Below are positions 31,300 to 44,898 of a stretch of 64,000 nucleotides of DNA, one piece after another. Under the pieces are notes generated by a model that searched no databases, was not told the DNA's origin, and saw only the letters and a program-made list of their open reading frames with translations. Every line of letters begins with the position of its first letter. The stretch's first letter is position 1. The position numbers and the translations under genes are program-made. Source of the DNA: Piromyces finnis finn (taxonomy: Eukaryota; Fungi; Neocallimastigomycota); contig MCFH01000024.1 of the NCBI GenBank assembly GCA_002104945.1, positions 558,001 to 622,000 of the forward strand, in the 5' to 3' direction.

Positions 31300-34200
31300 T
31301 TAGAGTCCGATAATGAAATTAAAATTATTTTTGTTGATTATTTCTTTAGGGGTGAGGCCTTTGTGATTTTTGACTTTGACATTTGCGGAATGCTTTATCA
31401 ACAATTCAGTTCCATATTTATTATAAATGGAGCAGGCCAACAATAAGGCTGTATCACCTTTATGATTTACTAATTCAAGATTTGCTTGATTTTCACACAA
31501 AAAGTTGGCAAGATTGTAGTTGAAATTTTCAATGGCTATCATTAAAGGAGAATATCCAAATTTCTTTTCTTGAACATTGACATTTGCTCCGTTTTCTACT
31601 AAAAGTTTTACACATTTTATATTATTAGCATAACAGCAACGAATGAGTGGTGTTTCACCTTCCCAATTTGCAATATTAACATCAGCATGACCTTGTTTTA
31701 CTAATAATGATGTAATATCGGCTTCATAGTCGTATTTATTTGCAACAGTTAATGCCGTATCACCATTAATTGTGTCTTGAACATTGACATCAGCATGATG
31801 CTCCAGAAGTAGTTTTACGATATCATGAGCGCGATTAGAGCAACATACCATTAATGGCGTTTCATTATAATAATTTGGTATATTCACATCTGCACCATAA
31901 TTTATCAAAACTCTACTAATATTATTAATACCACGATAGCAAGAAAATAGAAGTGGGGTATAGCCGGCTTTATTTTGAGTATTTAGGTTAATTTCAGGTT
32001 GACGAAGGAAAAAGGAAGCTAATGGATTAATGAATTGAAACTCTTTACTTTCAATAAAACTTATATAATGAAGTACTGTGTTACCATCTTGATCTTGAGC
32101 ATTAACATTAAGTTGAAATTCTGGATGTTTTTCTTTGTATTCAAAGAGTTTATAGATAAGTTCTCTTTCTCCAAATATAGTGCAATAAATAACTAGAGTA
32201 TCAATTTCTTCAGATGAAAGTTCTTTAAAATCAAGATATGAGTTTTTAAAACGATTTATAAGAATATAAAAGTTTTCTAGAGATGCTTTTTCTTTTTCCA
32301 TATATTTCTGTTTTTCTTGAAGTGAAGCTATAATATCAGGATGAGTTTGTTTAGTTTGATCGAATTGATCATAATTTTCCTTTGTCAAATAATATATAGC
32401 ATTTTCAGGTAAATCTGTTTTATGTTGACATTGATAACATCCAATGATAACTTTGAGATAGTTTATTTCGTAGTTGATAAAAGGTTTCAAGAGGTTAGTA
32501 TGACCATAAGCTTTAATAGTATGATATGGAGCAAAACCATGCTTGTCTTTTTGTAATAAATCTATTTTATATGGATATTCAAAGAAATTATCAATGATTT
32601 CATTGAATTTTTGTGTACAAGCAATATGAAATGCTGTTTGTCCATTATTATTTTTTAAATAAATATTTGCACCTGCATTTAATAACTGAAGTGTTATATT
32701 ACGATTTTTATGGTTACATGAAGTCATTAAAGGTGTATATCCTTCATGAGTTTGAATATTTATATTGGTGGTTTCATATTTTAGAAGTTCTTCTACAATA
32801 CTATTATTATTATTATAACATGCTAATTGTAGGGCTGAACTACCTTCAGAACCTTGCAAGTTCAGGTCAGCGCCATATTCTAAAAATAGTTTAGTCGTTT
32901 CATCTAATCCATTTCTACATGCTTCCATTAATGGTGAAATATGATATTGACAAAGAATATTTAATTGTGCACCATGATTTAAAAGAGATCGTATTAAATT
33001 TATATCATAGGAGAAAGAGGATACATACAATGCGGTACTACCACATTCACAAATTATACTAGGATCAGCATTATGATTTAATAAATACATGGCTATTTCA
33101 GATTCCCCAGATTGACAAGCAATAACCAATGGTGTATCTCCATTGGTTTCTCTAATATTTACATTAATAGAAGGAACTAATTCAATAAGTTTTTTAATTA
33201 TTTTGAATTTACTAAAGATACATGCTTGTAAAAAAGCATGATCTATTTCATCCTTTGTGAATTTTTGCAAAATTACTTCATTATTAATTTCTGTATTATT
33301 TTGAAGTTCTATTAATACACTCTTATATATATCATAATTTGAAATAAAGGAAGTAGTATCATCATTTTTTCCTATATAATCATTTCTAGCTTTATAGGCT
33401 GAAATAAGTGTATCATAAACTTCCTCTTTATCAACTCTATTTGAAATTTTTATTGTGTAAAGTAAACAATTACCATATGAATCCAAGCAATATATATCAC
33501 CACCTCTATTTATTATATATTGGATAATATCATTATTTCTTTTTGTATCATTACATAGTGCAATGAGTGGTGTTTGATTTTCATTATTGGAAAAGTTAAC
33601 ATCAGCTCCATATTTAATTAATTCTTTTATAATTCCTATATTTGCATGTTCACATGCTAGAATAAGTGGTGTTGTATCATAAGACCGAACATTTGGATTT
33701 GCACCATTTTTTAATAAATATTGAACTTGCTCTATGTTATTTGATTTACAAGCAAGAGCTATAGGATAAATACCTATTGAGTTTGGTCGATTAATATCAA
33801 TTCCATGTTCAATAAAAGGTTTCATCATATCTATGCTGCCATAGGAACTACATGCCATGAAAAATGATGTATAGCAACTATAGCCTCTATAATTTCTTTC
33901 ATTATACATATCCAAGTTATGATCTAAAAGTAGTTTTATCAATTCAATATTATTGTTATTAACAGCAAAAAATAAAGCAAAACTATTGTCATATGCTTTT
34001 TCATCATAATTTTTAATTTTGTTACTGTCAATAATATATTTTACTAATTCAACATTATTATTTTTACATAAATAAAGAAATGGAGTGTATCCGTCTCCAT
34101 TGGATATATTAATATCAATTTTATCTAGGGATAATAAAAATTTAACTATATCATATTTTTGTAAAACGCAACACTGATGAAGAGTCGTATCTCCATAATA

Positions 34201-35616
34201 ATTAATATAATTATAATCAATATCATAATTTTTAATTAAATAATCAATAATATTTGAATTATTGTTAATACAAGCCAAAGAAAAACATTTATTACCTATT
34301 GTATTATATACATCTATACTTGCATTATTAGTACACAACGCTTTCAATGAATCAAGTGTATTGTTTATTGACGCAATATGTACTGGATATAAACCATTAT
34401 TATTAATATTATTTATATTTGAATGATATTTTATTAAAAGATTAATCATTTCACCATTATTATTTTTACAAGCCACTGAAATTTCAGAATCACCTTCTTT
34501 ATTTTTGTGGTTCATTTCAACTTTTCCTGTGTTCAACAAAAGCTTTGCTATTTCTATATTATTTTTTAAAATAGCCATGAATAATGCACGATCTTTACTA
34601 ATGTTGTCTATATTTACATCCGCGTTATGTTTTAATAATGAATCTACAATATTATAATAACCTTTATAACAAGCATTTATCAATGGTGTATTTAAATTCT
34701 TATCTTGTATATTAATATTGATTTTTGAATAATTTTTATTAAGTAGTTGAGAAAAACTCTTATCATCGATATTTTCTTTATTTTTTCCTAAAGTAATAAG
34801 GTTAATAATAAAAGTATTATTTAATATTACTTGATTTAATAAAAAATCGACTAATGAAGCCTTATTTGATTTTGTCAAATACATTAATGTTGTATCACCA
34901 TTTTTATCTTTTGTATCAACATCAGCATTATTGTCTATAAACTTTGCAAGAAAATACTTTGATAGAAACTTATATTTAGTAAGGTATAGTAATGGTGTTT
35001 CTTTTTGGAAATTTAAGAGATTGATATTTGCACCATTCTTAATAAGTAAATTAAAAACATCTTTGTCATTATTAATTACTGCTTCTGAAAGAGGACAACT
35101 TCCATTAATTTCATTAAAATTTATATCAATATTATACTGCAATAGATATTCAATAATTTTGAAAGAACTTTTATTTTTAATTGCAAATAATAGAGGATTA
35201 TTATAATTTTTAAAAAAGTCTAGATTTATACTTTCTTTTTCAAGAAATTTTTTTAGTTCTTCATAGTTATTATTCCGAATAATATTAATAATTTCCTTAT
35301 TTAAATTGATTTCTATTTTTATTTCTTCAATATCAAGTTTACTTATTTTTTTTTTAGGTTTTACTGAAGAAAAATTTTTTAGTAGAGAATTTATTTTTTC
35401 AATCGAAAACTCTTCTTCTATTGCTTTTATTAAAGGATTATTTTCTATGCCTATAGTTGCTATATCAATTTTTCTTCTTCTGAAATAATTACGAATGGAA
35501 TTTGGTGACTGGTTAAGAATAATATTTATTTTTTTAAATATTATTTCAGATGTTTCATCATTTTTATTTATATTCATCAATTCAATTTGTTGTCTCATTC
35601 TATAATTTTCTTGCAT
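31300..35616 (-). CDS. Large intronless ankyrin-repeat protein, 1438 aa
   Basis: Many ANK units (e.g. GDTTLMYL, NTPLINACYKGYYNIVDSLLKHNADVN, GYTPLLFSCYRGINNISRVLINYGADVN, GETPLIRCCYANNIKCVKLLVENGANVN). Confidence 0.92.
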   Translation of the reverse strand: MQENYRMRQQIELMNINKNDETSEIIFKKINIILNQSPNSIRNYFRRRKIDIATIGIENNPLIKAIEEEFSIEKINSLLKNFSSVKPKKKISKLDIEEIKIEINLNKEIINIIRNNNYEELKKFLEKESINLDFFKNYNNPLLFAIKNKSSFKIIEYLLQYNIDINFNEINGSCPLSEAVINNDKDVFNLLIKNGANINLLNFQKETPLLYLTKYKFLSKYFLAKFIDNNADVDTKDKNGDTTLMYLTKSNKASLVDFLLNQVILNNTFIINLITLGKNKENIDDKSFSQLLNKNYSKININIQDKNLNTPLINACYKGYYNIVDSLLKHNADVNIDNISKDRALFMAILKNNIEIAKLLLNTGKVEMNHKNKEGDSEISVACKNNNGEMINLLIKYHSNINNINNNGLYPVHIASINNTLDSLKALCTNNASIDVYNTIGNKCFSLACINNNSNIIDYLIKNYDIDYNYINYYGDTTLHQCCVLQKYDIVKFLLSLDKIDINISNGDGYTPFLYLCKNNNVELVKYIIDSNKIKNYDEKAYDNSFALFFAVNNNNIELIKLLLDHNLDMYNERNYRGYSCYTSFFMACSSYGSIDMMKPFIEHGIDINRPNSIGIYPIALACKSNNIEQVQYLLKNGANPNVRSYDTTPLILACEHANIGIIKELIKYGADVNFSNNENQTPLIALCNDTKRNNDIIQYIINRGGDIYCLDSYGNCLLYTIKISNRVDKEEVYDTLISAYKARNDYIGKNDDTTSFISNYDIYKSVLIELQNNTEINNEVILQKFTKDEIDHAFLQACIFSKFKIIKKLIELVPSINVNIRETNGDTPLVIACQSGESEIAMYLLNHNADPSIICECGSTALYVSSFSYDINLIRSLLNHGAQLNILCQYHISPLMEACRNGLDETTKLFLEYGADLNLQGSEGSSALQLACYNNNNSIVEELLKYETTNINIQTHEGYTPLMTSCNHKNRNITLQLLNAGANIYLKNNNGQTAFHIACTQKFNEIIDNFFEYPYKIDLLQKDKHGFAPYHTIKAYGHTNLLKPFINYEINYLKVIIGCYQCQHKTDLPENAIYYLTKENYDQFDQTKQTHPDIIASLQEKQKYMEKEKASLENFYILINRFKNSYLDFKELSSEEIDTLVIYCTIFGERELIYKLFEYKEKHPEFQLNVNAQDQDGNTVLHYISFIESKEFQFINPLASFFLRQPEINLNTQNKAGYTPLLFSCYRGINNISRVLINYGADVNIPNYYNETPLMVCCSNRAHDIVKLLLEHHADVNVQDTINGDTALTVANKYDYEADITSLLVKQGHADVNIANWEGETPLIRCCYANNIKCVKLLVENGANVNVQEKKFGYSPLMIAIENFNYNLANFLCENQANLELVNHKGDTALLLACSIYNKYGTELLIKHSANVKVKNHKGLTPKEIINKNNFNFIIGL

Positions 35617-36108
35617 ATAATTTATATTTTTTATATTTTTTTCTTGTTATAATAATTGAATTCATTCAATTCTTTTTAAATAAAAAATTGAAAAAAATTA
35701 AAATAAGTAAATTAAATTTTTTTCTTAAATAGTAAAAAAAAAAAAAAAAATTTAATTAAAAATTTAATTAAAATTTTATTATTTTTGTATTTAATAACTT
35801 TAATAATTAATATATTATTTTATAATATATAATAATATATAATATAGTTTATATAAAATAAAAAAATTAATCAAAATGCTCTCTGAAGTAGTTAAGTGAT
35901 CTATTGTTGTTATTTAATTTTTATGAACTCTTTATTGAATTACTTTTTATTTTTTTACTATTTTTCATATATAATTAATTATTATTTTTTTATTGTGTAA
36001 GATAATACTTTTAAGGGAGATGATATATACAAATTTATTTTAAATATAATTATAATATATTATATATTTAATATATTTGTGAATGATATACAAAAAATCA
36101 CATAGCAA

Positions 36109-36154
36109 TTATTTCCAAATTCAAATATTATATAATATTTGAATTTGGAAATAA
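36109..36154. repeat. Perfect 46-bp palindrome (no spacer)
   Basis: TTATTTCCAAATTCAAATATTAT|ATAATATTTGAATTTGGAAATAA is its own reverse complement. Confidence 0.95.
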
Positions 36155-37384
36155 ATTGTATACTAAGTACATAACTTCCAAAAAAAAAAGAAAAAATAAA
36201 AATAAAACAAATTAATATTTGTTCTTAACTTTATGGATTATAACGATTATAACTCCTATATTTAATTACATTTTTTGTCTAAAGTTATAAAGTTAGTTTT
36301 ATCAGAAATTTACTAAATGTGTCTTTTGATTTATATAGGATGTATATCAAGTTAAGAACAAATATTAATTATTAGTGGATAAGTAAATATAATATTTTAA
36401 TAATAATACTTAAAATTTCTTTTACTTTTTATATTATGTTCAATAATTTAATACATAAAGATAGATTTGATCATCTTAATATATAATTAAGAATAAGATA
36501 TTTGTGTATTAATTTCATAAATTTATGAAATATAATAAATACCTTTTAGAAATTGGGTTTTTAATAAATTTTGCATCTAACAATTAATTTCAAATTCATC
36601 GAAACTTTACGAAAAATGTATTAAAATCTTAGAAATAGCCACTATATTATTATAAAAATTATAAAAATTATAAAAACTAAAACTATAAATAGCTATATCG
36701 ATAATATAGGAATAAAGTTTACTTTATAAATTATGGACTCTTAATAATTATAATTTGGTGGAAAAAATATCAAATTTTATTATTTATTGATATGCCTTAT
36801 AAAAATTTAGTGGTATATAATTTTAATTATTTAATAAAAAAATATTAATTTGATAATAAATATTAATATAGACATATAATATATACAATATTTTCTAATA
36901 TTATCATTTGTAATGATAATAAGAATAATAATAAAGAAAACAATTAAAGATATTCACAATTATTTTATTGATAGTTTATATTGTTAATTTAAAAAAGTAT
37001 CCAAAAAGTTATAAATCTTAAACTTATAATTTTTTAATAAATTTTTCCTTAACATTTTTGTGAATTAATAATTTATAATATAAATCTTAAATTTTACTAA
37101 ATGAAATTCATTGATATATGGTTTTCAAAATTAAATAGTTTTTGTAAAGTTAAATTATTATATAATTCAGTTCGTTTTTTATTAATTTGGGAGATATTTA
37201 AAATTTATTGTAAATTAAATAGAACATTTGTTTTATTTTATTTACTTTTAAAATTTTTGATAAATTATTTGTTTAATTTCATAGTTTAATATAGAATAGA
37301 AATATTGATTTATTCTTAATAAAGTATATGCTTCATTTTTAAAACTGAAAAATATTATAGTAAGAAATATATAACTATAAAAAT

Positions 37385-40300
37385 ATGGAGAGTGTAAATT
37401 TTTTAATTCCAAGTAAATGCAATAGTATTGAATCATTTAATTCGAGTACTAACAGATCAGGATCGGATTATAATTCATCATCATCATCATTAAATATTTC
37501 TAATCCCACTTTATATTTTAATCCAGAATCGGTGTTATACCAAGGTTCTATATATAATCCAAGAACTTACAGTAATTGTTCTCATTCTCGTAAAAATTCA
37601 TATTCTCATCCTCATTCAAATTCATATCAATATATAACTTCACATTCTAATGATCGATTTCATAATAATTATACATATGAAAATAAAAATGAAAGAAAAT
37701 CATTTAAAAATAAAATAAGCAGAAATAAATGTAAATAATGCAATTTTAATAATTATATATATTTATTATTTTTTAAATCGTAATAAATATTATCTAATAT
37801 ATATTTTTTAATAATATATCTTGTTAATTTAAATTAAAAGCAAATCGTGATTATTCAGTAGAATATAACTTTGATGATGATTTGCCGTTAGAAAATGATT
37901 TGGGTAATGGAAATTCTATAAAACGTTTTAGTATACTAGAATCAGCAATAAAAAGTAATATGATTAGTAGTATAGAAGACAATATTAATACTTATTCTAA
38001 TAATGTAAATATGAGCATGAATAATCACAAAAATAGAATAAATGAAGATATTATTGAAATTAATTCACAAGATAATAATTATTTAGATAATATTAATGAC
38101 AGTAATAAAACAATAAAAATTGAAGTAGTATCGAAAGATGATGAAAAAGAACTTTCGAAATATTCAGATAAATTTATAAAAAGGAACACATTAGAAGAAA
38201 ATTATATAGAGGGTAATGATTATATAGAAAATGGACGAAAAAATCATATTAAATATAAAAGAAATGGTGAAAAGAAAAAAGTAGGTCCCAATAAAATCAA
38301 TGAATCCGGTAATTTTGATATAGATAGTAATCATTCTTTAAATCGATACAATTATAAGTGTGTAAGTATTGGCTCTTTTAATCCACAAATATCAAATGAT
38401 GAATTAAGTACAATTGGAAATAACCATTTTACATATCATATACATCATCATCATATTCATCATGATAATAAAACAAACAGTCATAATGAAGATAATGCTA
38501 TATCAGAGGAAAAAATGCAACAATCTCAAAATAAACAAAAAAGATTAAATAGCTTTAGTTCAGATAGCCATAATCAATATCATAGACACAACATAAATGA
38601 TAATTATGGTTCAATATATTATCAAAACCCAAGAAGACGCAGTTTTCATGAATATGATGATTCATACTATAATCAGAAAAACAGATCAAGAAGTCTAAAT
38701 ATTCATGATGGAAATAATGATTTTCAATATAAACATCAAAGAAGAAGAAGTTCATTTGATAACAATTTTAATTCTGAATACAATAATGGACAAAGAAGAA
38801 GAAGAAGTATGAGTGAGAGTCAAAAACATGATATTAAAGATCATTTACAAAGGCGAAAATACAGTAATGATAAATTCAATAAATATTACAAAAGTCCTAA
38901 TGATGATGATAGTTCTGCTTCTGATAATAGTAGACATGGATTTAAAAGTCGTAGATCATCTGTTTCTAGAAGAAAAGAAAATATTTCATCAGGGTATAGT
39001 ATAAACTCTAATGATAATGATAACTATCATTGTAGTCATCATCATCACTCAAATTTATATCATGATGACTCACCGACATGTTCTCGTTTTTCTAATCATC
39101 ATCATCATCGTCATAATTCCACTTCAAATTCATATAATTCAATAAATAATTATTATGATCCTTCCATTTCAAATTCAAGAAATAATATAAATCATCATCT
39201 TCATAATATTCATTCTCATACAAGCTTAAAAGCCTCTATAAGCTCCTTTGATAATAATAACAATAATAATAGTAATAATAATAAAAATAGTATTTCATCT
39301 AATATATTAAGTAATTGTTATCGTTGTAATAATCACTATCAACAATATCAAAATCAATATAATTCTCATCATAATAATCTTCATCATCATCATAGTAATA
39401 ATGTTAAAATCTCTGCTAATGACAATACTAATAATAATTCTGGTTCCTTATTTAACGTAAATAATCAAAATAATGTTAATTCATCTAGAGAAGATAATAA
39501 TTTGGGATATTGTAATGTTAATATAATAGATAATAATAATTTATATAAAAATACCAATAACTTTATCAGCAATAGTGACTGTAGTAATGATAATATTGAT
39601 GTTAATATAAATAATAGTAATAATGAAATAAAAAATAATCAATATATAGATGAAAATAATAACAATAATCAATTAGATCATAAAAGTAGTAAACAATCTG
39701 TGGATTTTGAAAAGTCAATTATAATTAACGCATTAAATAATTTGGTATTAAATAACAATGACGGTATACAACTAGATCGTATAACTGATATGGATGTATA
39801 CTCTAGTCGTGATGCTAATACGATAGATAACAAGTATCCAGATTGTATTAAAACTGCTGTTGGTAATATTATTGTTGAAATATGTGATAGTAATGATGAT
39901 AGAAATGATGAATTTGTAAAAATAGAGGAAATTTTAGATGATGAAGAAAATCAAGATTTAAAAGATATTAATAATAATAAAAATCTTAATATTCCAATAA
40001 AAACAGATAAAATAATACCAGGTTCTTTTAATAATTATAAATCACCTTTATTAATAGCTATTGATGATGGTGATGATTTAGATGAATATGAAAAAAGTAT
40101 TGATAACCTTGACTCATGTAAAGAATCGAATGATGAAATTGATGATGTAATTAAAGAAAATGAAAATGATATAATGAGAAAATCAAAATCAGCTCCTTTA
40201 AAAATGAGTGTAGGGGTAAAAAATGATATAGACAACATTTTGTTATATTCTCCATTCTACTCAAATGATTTTTATGATAAAAAAGACATTACTGATGATT

Positions 40301-42587
40301 TTTCTGAGAGTCTTCAAAATAATTCTATGCATCCAAATGATGATATTGGAACAAAGAAAATTGATAATAGAAACTTTTATATTCTAAACAAAATAAAGTC
40401 ATTCATACCTATATCTGAATTTAAAAAGCGTAAGAATACTAATTGTATAACTTTAAAAGGTGGATTTGAAAATAAACTATCTAAAGAAAATGGTACAATT
40501 GTACCATTCACACGATCATTAAATATGGATATCAAAAATAAAAAATTAGATGATTTAATCAAGTATCCAGAACACTCATATAATTCAATATTAAATATGA
40601 AAATGTTTATTTTCAATGAATTAAATGATCGCGAAAAACGTGAGATAAAAGCTAATAATTTCTTCATTTTTAATGGTGAAGACGAAAAAGATATATTAAC
40701 TGAAGATTTTAATAATAATACTAGTTTATTAAATAAAGATGAAAATAATGAAGAAAAAATAATATCAAAACGATCTGAAAAAGGGCCTATTGATATCAAT
40801 GACAAGGGAAAGCATTATTCTTCTAGTTATGATGGAAGAAAAGAATCAATAAAGAAAAAATCTACTCATAAATCGAAAAAGACTAATTATCCATCTATTA
40901 CAAACAGTCAAGATTCTAGTATAAGTAGTGATTATAATAAATCTATTCATAGTTCTGATATATCTTCATTAAGTTATGACAAAATACATCATTGTTGTAA
41001 TGGAAATAAAAGATACCATAAATATAATTCTTCAAATGAAAGCAATAATTATATTAATAGTCGAGTAAGTATGAATACTAATTCACATAAGAATAGGAAG
41101 ATTGGTAATATCGCTTCAATGATGTCAGGATTAACATCAAGAACTACATATAGTCATCCTATATTAAATGGAGATTCAGAAGCAGAACAAAATAATGGAA
41201 TTTATCGTCATCATCATCGTCGTCATCATCATCACCATCATCATCATCATAATCATAATCATAATCATAATCATAAAGCAAAGCACAAGAAAAATGATAT
41301 GAATAATTGTAGTAGTAATTTTTCTAGTTTTTCAAATAACAAAAAAGAAAACATGAAATTCACATCTGATACTAATACCTCTTCTTCTTCAGAAACAACA
41401 TCCTCTTCATCTCTATATACACCATCATGCAATTATAGTAGAAATAATATAGATTACAGAAATCAGTATGCTTCAATGAATTCAACAAATCAATCTCTTT
41501 CCAATCTTCCAAAAACCAATAAAATTTCAAAGAAAGAAAAAGAATTATACTCATCTTCTCAACTCTTTTCAGAATTTGTTCCAATAGAATGCGCTTCAAA
41601 TTCAAGATCTAGCTATTTAAATGTCAATTATAATACTAATAATGGAAGTAGTAGAAATGTTTCTAATAGTCATTTATTTAACAATGAAAATGGCGTAAAT
41701 ATATTATAAAATATTATATTTAAATAATAATTTATTTTAAATATTATGTACATTATTTTATACTTATTACATATTACATATTTATATATATATCAAATAA
41801 AAATATTAAAAATTAATATAAATAGCCATTATTTGGATTTAATTCGAATATGAATGTAATACCAGAAGTTGAAGTAGTGAAGACTAACGTATTAAGTCGA
41901 GTGAATGTTTCGGAAATACCTGAAATAACAGAACAAGAAGATGATGAATTACGTGAAGAAGATAATGATATATTTGAATCTAGAGATTTTAGTGAAATAT
42001 ATAATCCAGTAATTGATCCTTCTAAAGTAAAAGCAAAATCAGATATTCACTTATTAAATCGATTTAGTTCTACCCAACGAATCAAAGGATCATTAAATTC
42101 TGTAAGTCAGTTCCTTCATTTACCAAAGAACCTTAAAACCAAGGTAGTATCATCTCCTTCTAAATTTGAAACAAATTATTTCACAATAAGTTATCGTAAA
42201 GCTATTCCAAAATCAGAATGGAAGCCAGATAATTCCACTGTTCATTGCACCATATGTAATAAGAAGTTCAGCTTTTTTATAAGGCGTCATCATTGTCGCC
42301 TTTGTGGTTACATTTTCTGTAGCTCATGTTGTTATCGTATGGTTCCCTTAATTATCGACGATAATAATACTAATTCAGAAAGAGTTAAAAAGTACCTTCA
42401 CAATGTATTTAGTTCAAATGCTAGTAGTATAACAAATAATCAATCATCAGATAAATTTAAAGGTTCTAGTGCCTCTGAATGTCTTTCTTCTATTTTAGAA
42501 ATTTATCAAAATAAAAACAATTTCTTAGTATGTCCAATACCATGTAAGATTTGTGAGAATTGTTATACCAAATATTATATAAACTAA
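37385..42587 (+). CDS. FYVE zinc-finger protein with long disordered N/S/H-rich N-terminus; join(37385-37730, 37841-41694, 41826-42587), ~1653 aa
   Basis: The three ORFs join in frame through T|GTAAAT..AAAAG| and GGC|GTAAAT..AATAG|. C-terminal WKPD..CTIC..FSFFIRRHHCRLCGYIFCSSC...KICENC. Confidence 0.8.
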
Positions 42588-42881
42588 ATGGTTTCATTTT
42601 TTATACGTGTATCATACACTTTATATAATAAAATTGAAATTTTATTTAAAAAATAATTCTGTTGTTCTTTTACCAATCATAATTTTTGATATTAAAAATT
42701 TATTGTATTGGTAAAGTTTAATCAATAATAATAAAAAAAAAAAAAAAAAAAAGTAATTATTAAATAAATTAATATAAAATTGTAATTGTAATTATTATAA
42801 TAATTATTTCTTAATAATTTCTTTGCATAAAAAATAAAATAAAATAAAATAATATAAAATAAATATAAAATAATATAAAAT

Positions 42882-43852
42882 ATGGTGTTCTTTGCATTTG
42901 ATTTTGATGAAACTCTCACACATAATGATACCTTATCTCTTATAATAAAATGTACAAAAGAAGTAGATCTTAATAGTCTTATTTGGAAGCGTTTATCCCA
43001 AAAGTATTGTAATTTAATTCATACTTTTCGAGATGAGTATTTTAAAACTCATAAAACACCTACTTTAGAAGACTATTGCGAATCATGTAGAAGTATTGAA
43101 ATGGATTCTATTGAAAATATAATAGAATCAAAGTGTTATGATGAAATTTCTAAAGAAAGTTTATTTGAAATAGGAAAAGAAGAAGTTAAATTACATAATG
43201 AAGCCGTTAACTTTTTAAATAATATACTTAAGCTTAATATATCTGCAATAATTATATCTGCTAATTTTTCTAATGATATTATTAGAGGTGCTCTTTCAAA
43301 GCTTCCACAAGGAAATATGATAAATATTTATAGTAATAATTTAGAATTCAATGATAATAATATTTCTAATGGAAATATTATTACAAACTATGTTGTCGCA
43401 AATGATAAATTAGGATTATTAAATAAACTTTGTGATAGTAATTTTGATAATGAAGTTGTTTATATTGGTGATGGAATGACTGATATATTATGCATGTGTA
43501 AGTATTTATTTTATTATTATTAAAATAATAATAATAATAATAATTCAAAATAAGTATATGTGTATAAATTGAAATTTGAAATTTGTTTTTAATAATCTAA
43601 ACCCTTTTTATTATTCTAATATTTATAATTTAATTAATATTCACAATAGTAAGAGCAAGTGTTGGTATTGTTTTTTCACCTGGAAAAAGTTTCATCCAAA
43701 ATTGTAAAGAATTTAATATTGTTTTGAAACCTTTATCAGTTTGGACAGAAGAAGATATAAATCAAAATGAAAAAAATAATACTATTTATTTCGTCTTTAA
43801 TTGGATTGATATAGTATCTTGGTGGGACAAAAATAAAAGCTTCTTCATTTAA
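42882..43852 (+). CDS. HAD-superfamily phosphatase (Cto1/TH2-like); join(42882-43497, 43650-43852), ~272 aa
   Basis: Motif I FDFDETLT, motif II IISANFS, motif IV YIGDGMTDILCM. Exon 2 continues LRASVGIVF after a T|GTAAGT..CAATAG| intron. Confidence 0.85.
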
Positions 43853-44898
43853 ATCAATGGAATTTTGTAATTAATCATTAATTTTTATCTTTAAAAAAAA
43901 AAAAATTAAAAGATAAAAATCATTTATTCTTTTGATAATAATAATAGTAATAGTAATAGTATATGTATATATTATTATTAGTGACGATAGTAAGTAAAAA
44001 GTAAAAACAAAACTTATTAATATCGAACAACCATCTATAATTCATTTATTAACAACTAAAAATTGTAGAAAATTAAGGTAGTCATAATTATTTATTACAT
44101 TTATATATAGAGAAGGATTATGACTAAATTTATTTAATAAAATATAAAAAATTATTTTAACATTAATCTAAAATATAGTCTTTATACTATGTTATTCAAT
44201 ACTATAAGTTTTTTTAATTAGTAATTCTCTTATATTTTTCATTTTTAAGGAAAACCTGTCTTAACAAAAATATTAAACTTTTATACATTTTTTGTTCCAT
44301 TAAAATATCTTTCAAATACCTAAAGCTTTTTTTCTTTCATAAATAATTTTAAATAAAATAAAAACAATCGAAAGTTTTTTTTTATTTGTTTATTTATAAA
44401 ATATATAATATTTTTTTTTGTTTGTTTTTTATATTAATTTCTAAATATTGAAAATTATATGCATATGTAAATTTATAAATATAAATTACTTTTTTTTTTT
44501 TTTTTTTTTTTTTTATTATTATTTATTATAATTTTTAGAATAAAAATATTAATAAAATTTTTATATGATAATGATAAAGTAGCTTTTTTTTAAAAAAAAA
44601 AAAAAAAAAAAAGTACATAAAATTTTAAATTTTTAAATTTACTGAAAGTACTTATTAAAGTAATAATAAAAGTATTTTAATTGCTAAAATGTATTTAAAT
44701 AAAATTCATTTTAATTAATATAAATAAAAAAAAAACACATTTTAAAAAAGTGAGCTCTTTGCATTTGAGTATAATATTTAATCAGTCATGTCATCTGGTC
44801 TGTTTATGAATATTAAAAGTAAAATTTATCATTAGTACATATAAAATATTATTGATAATAAACAAACAAACAAACAAAAAAAAAAAAAGTCTTTCAAC

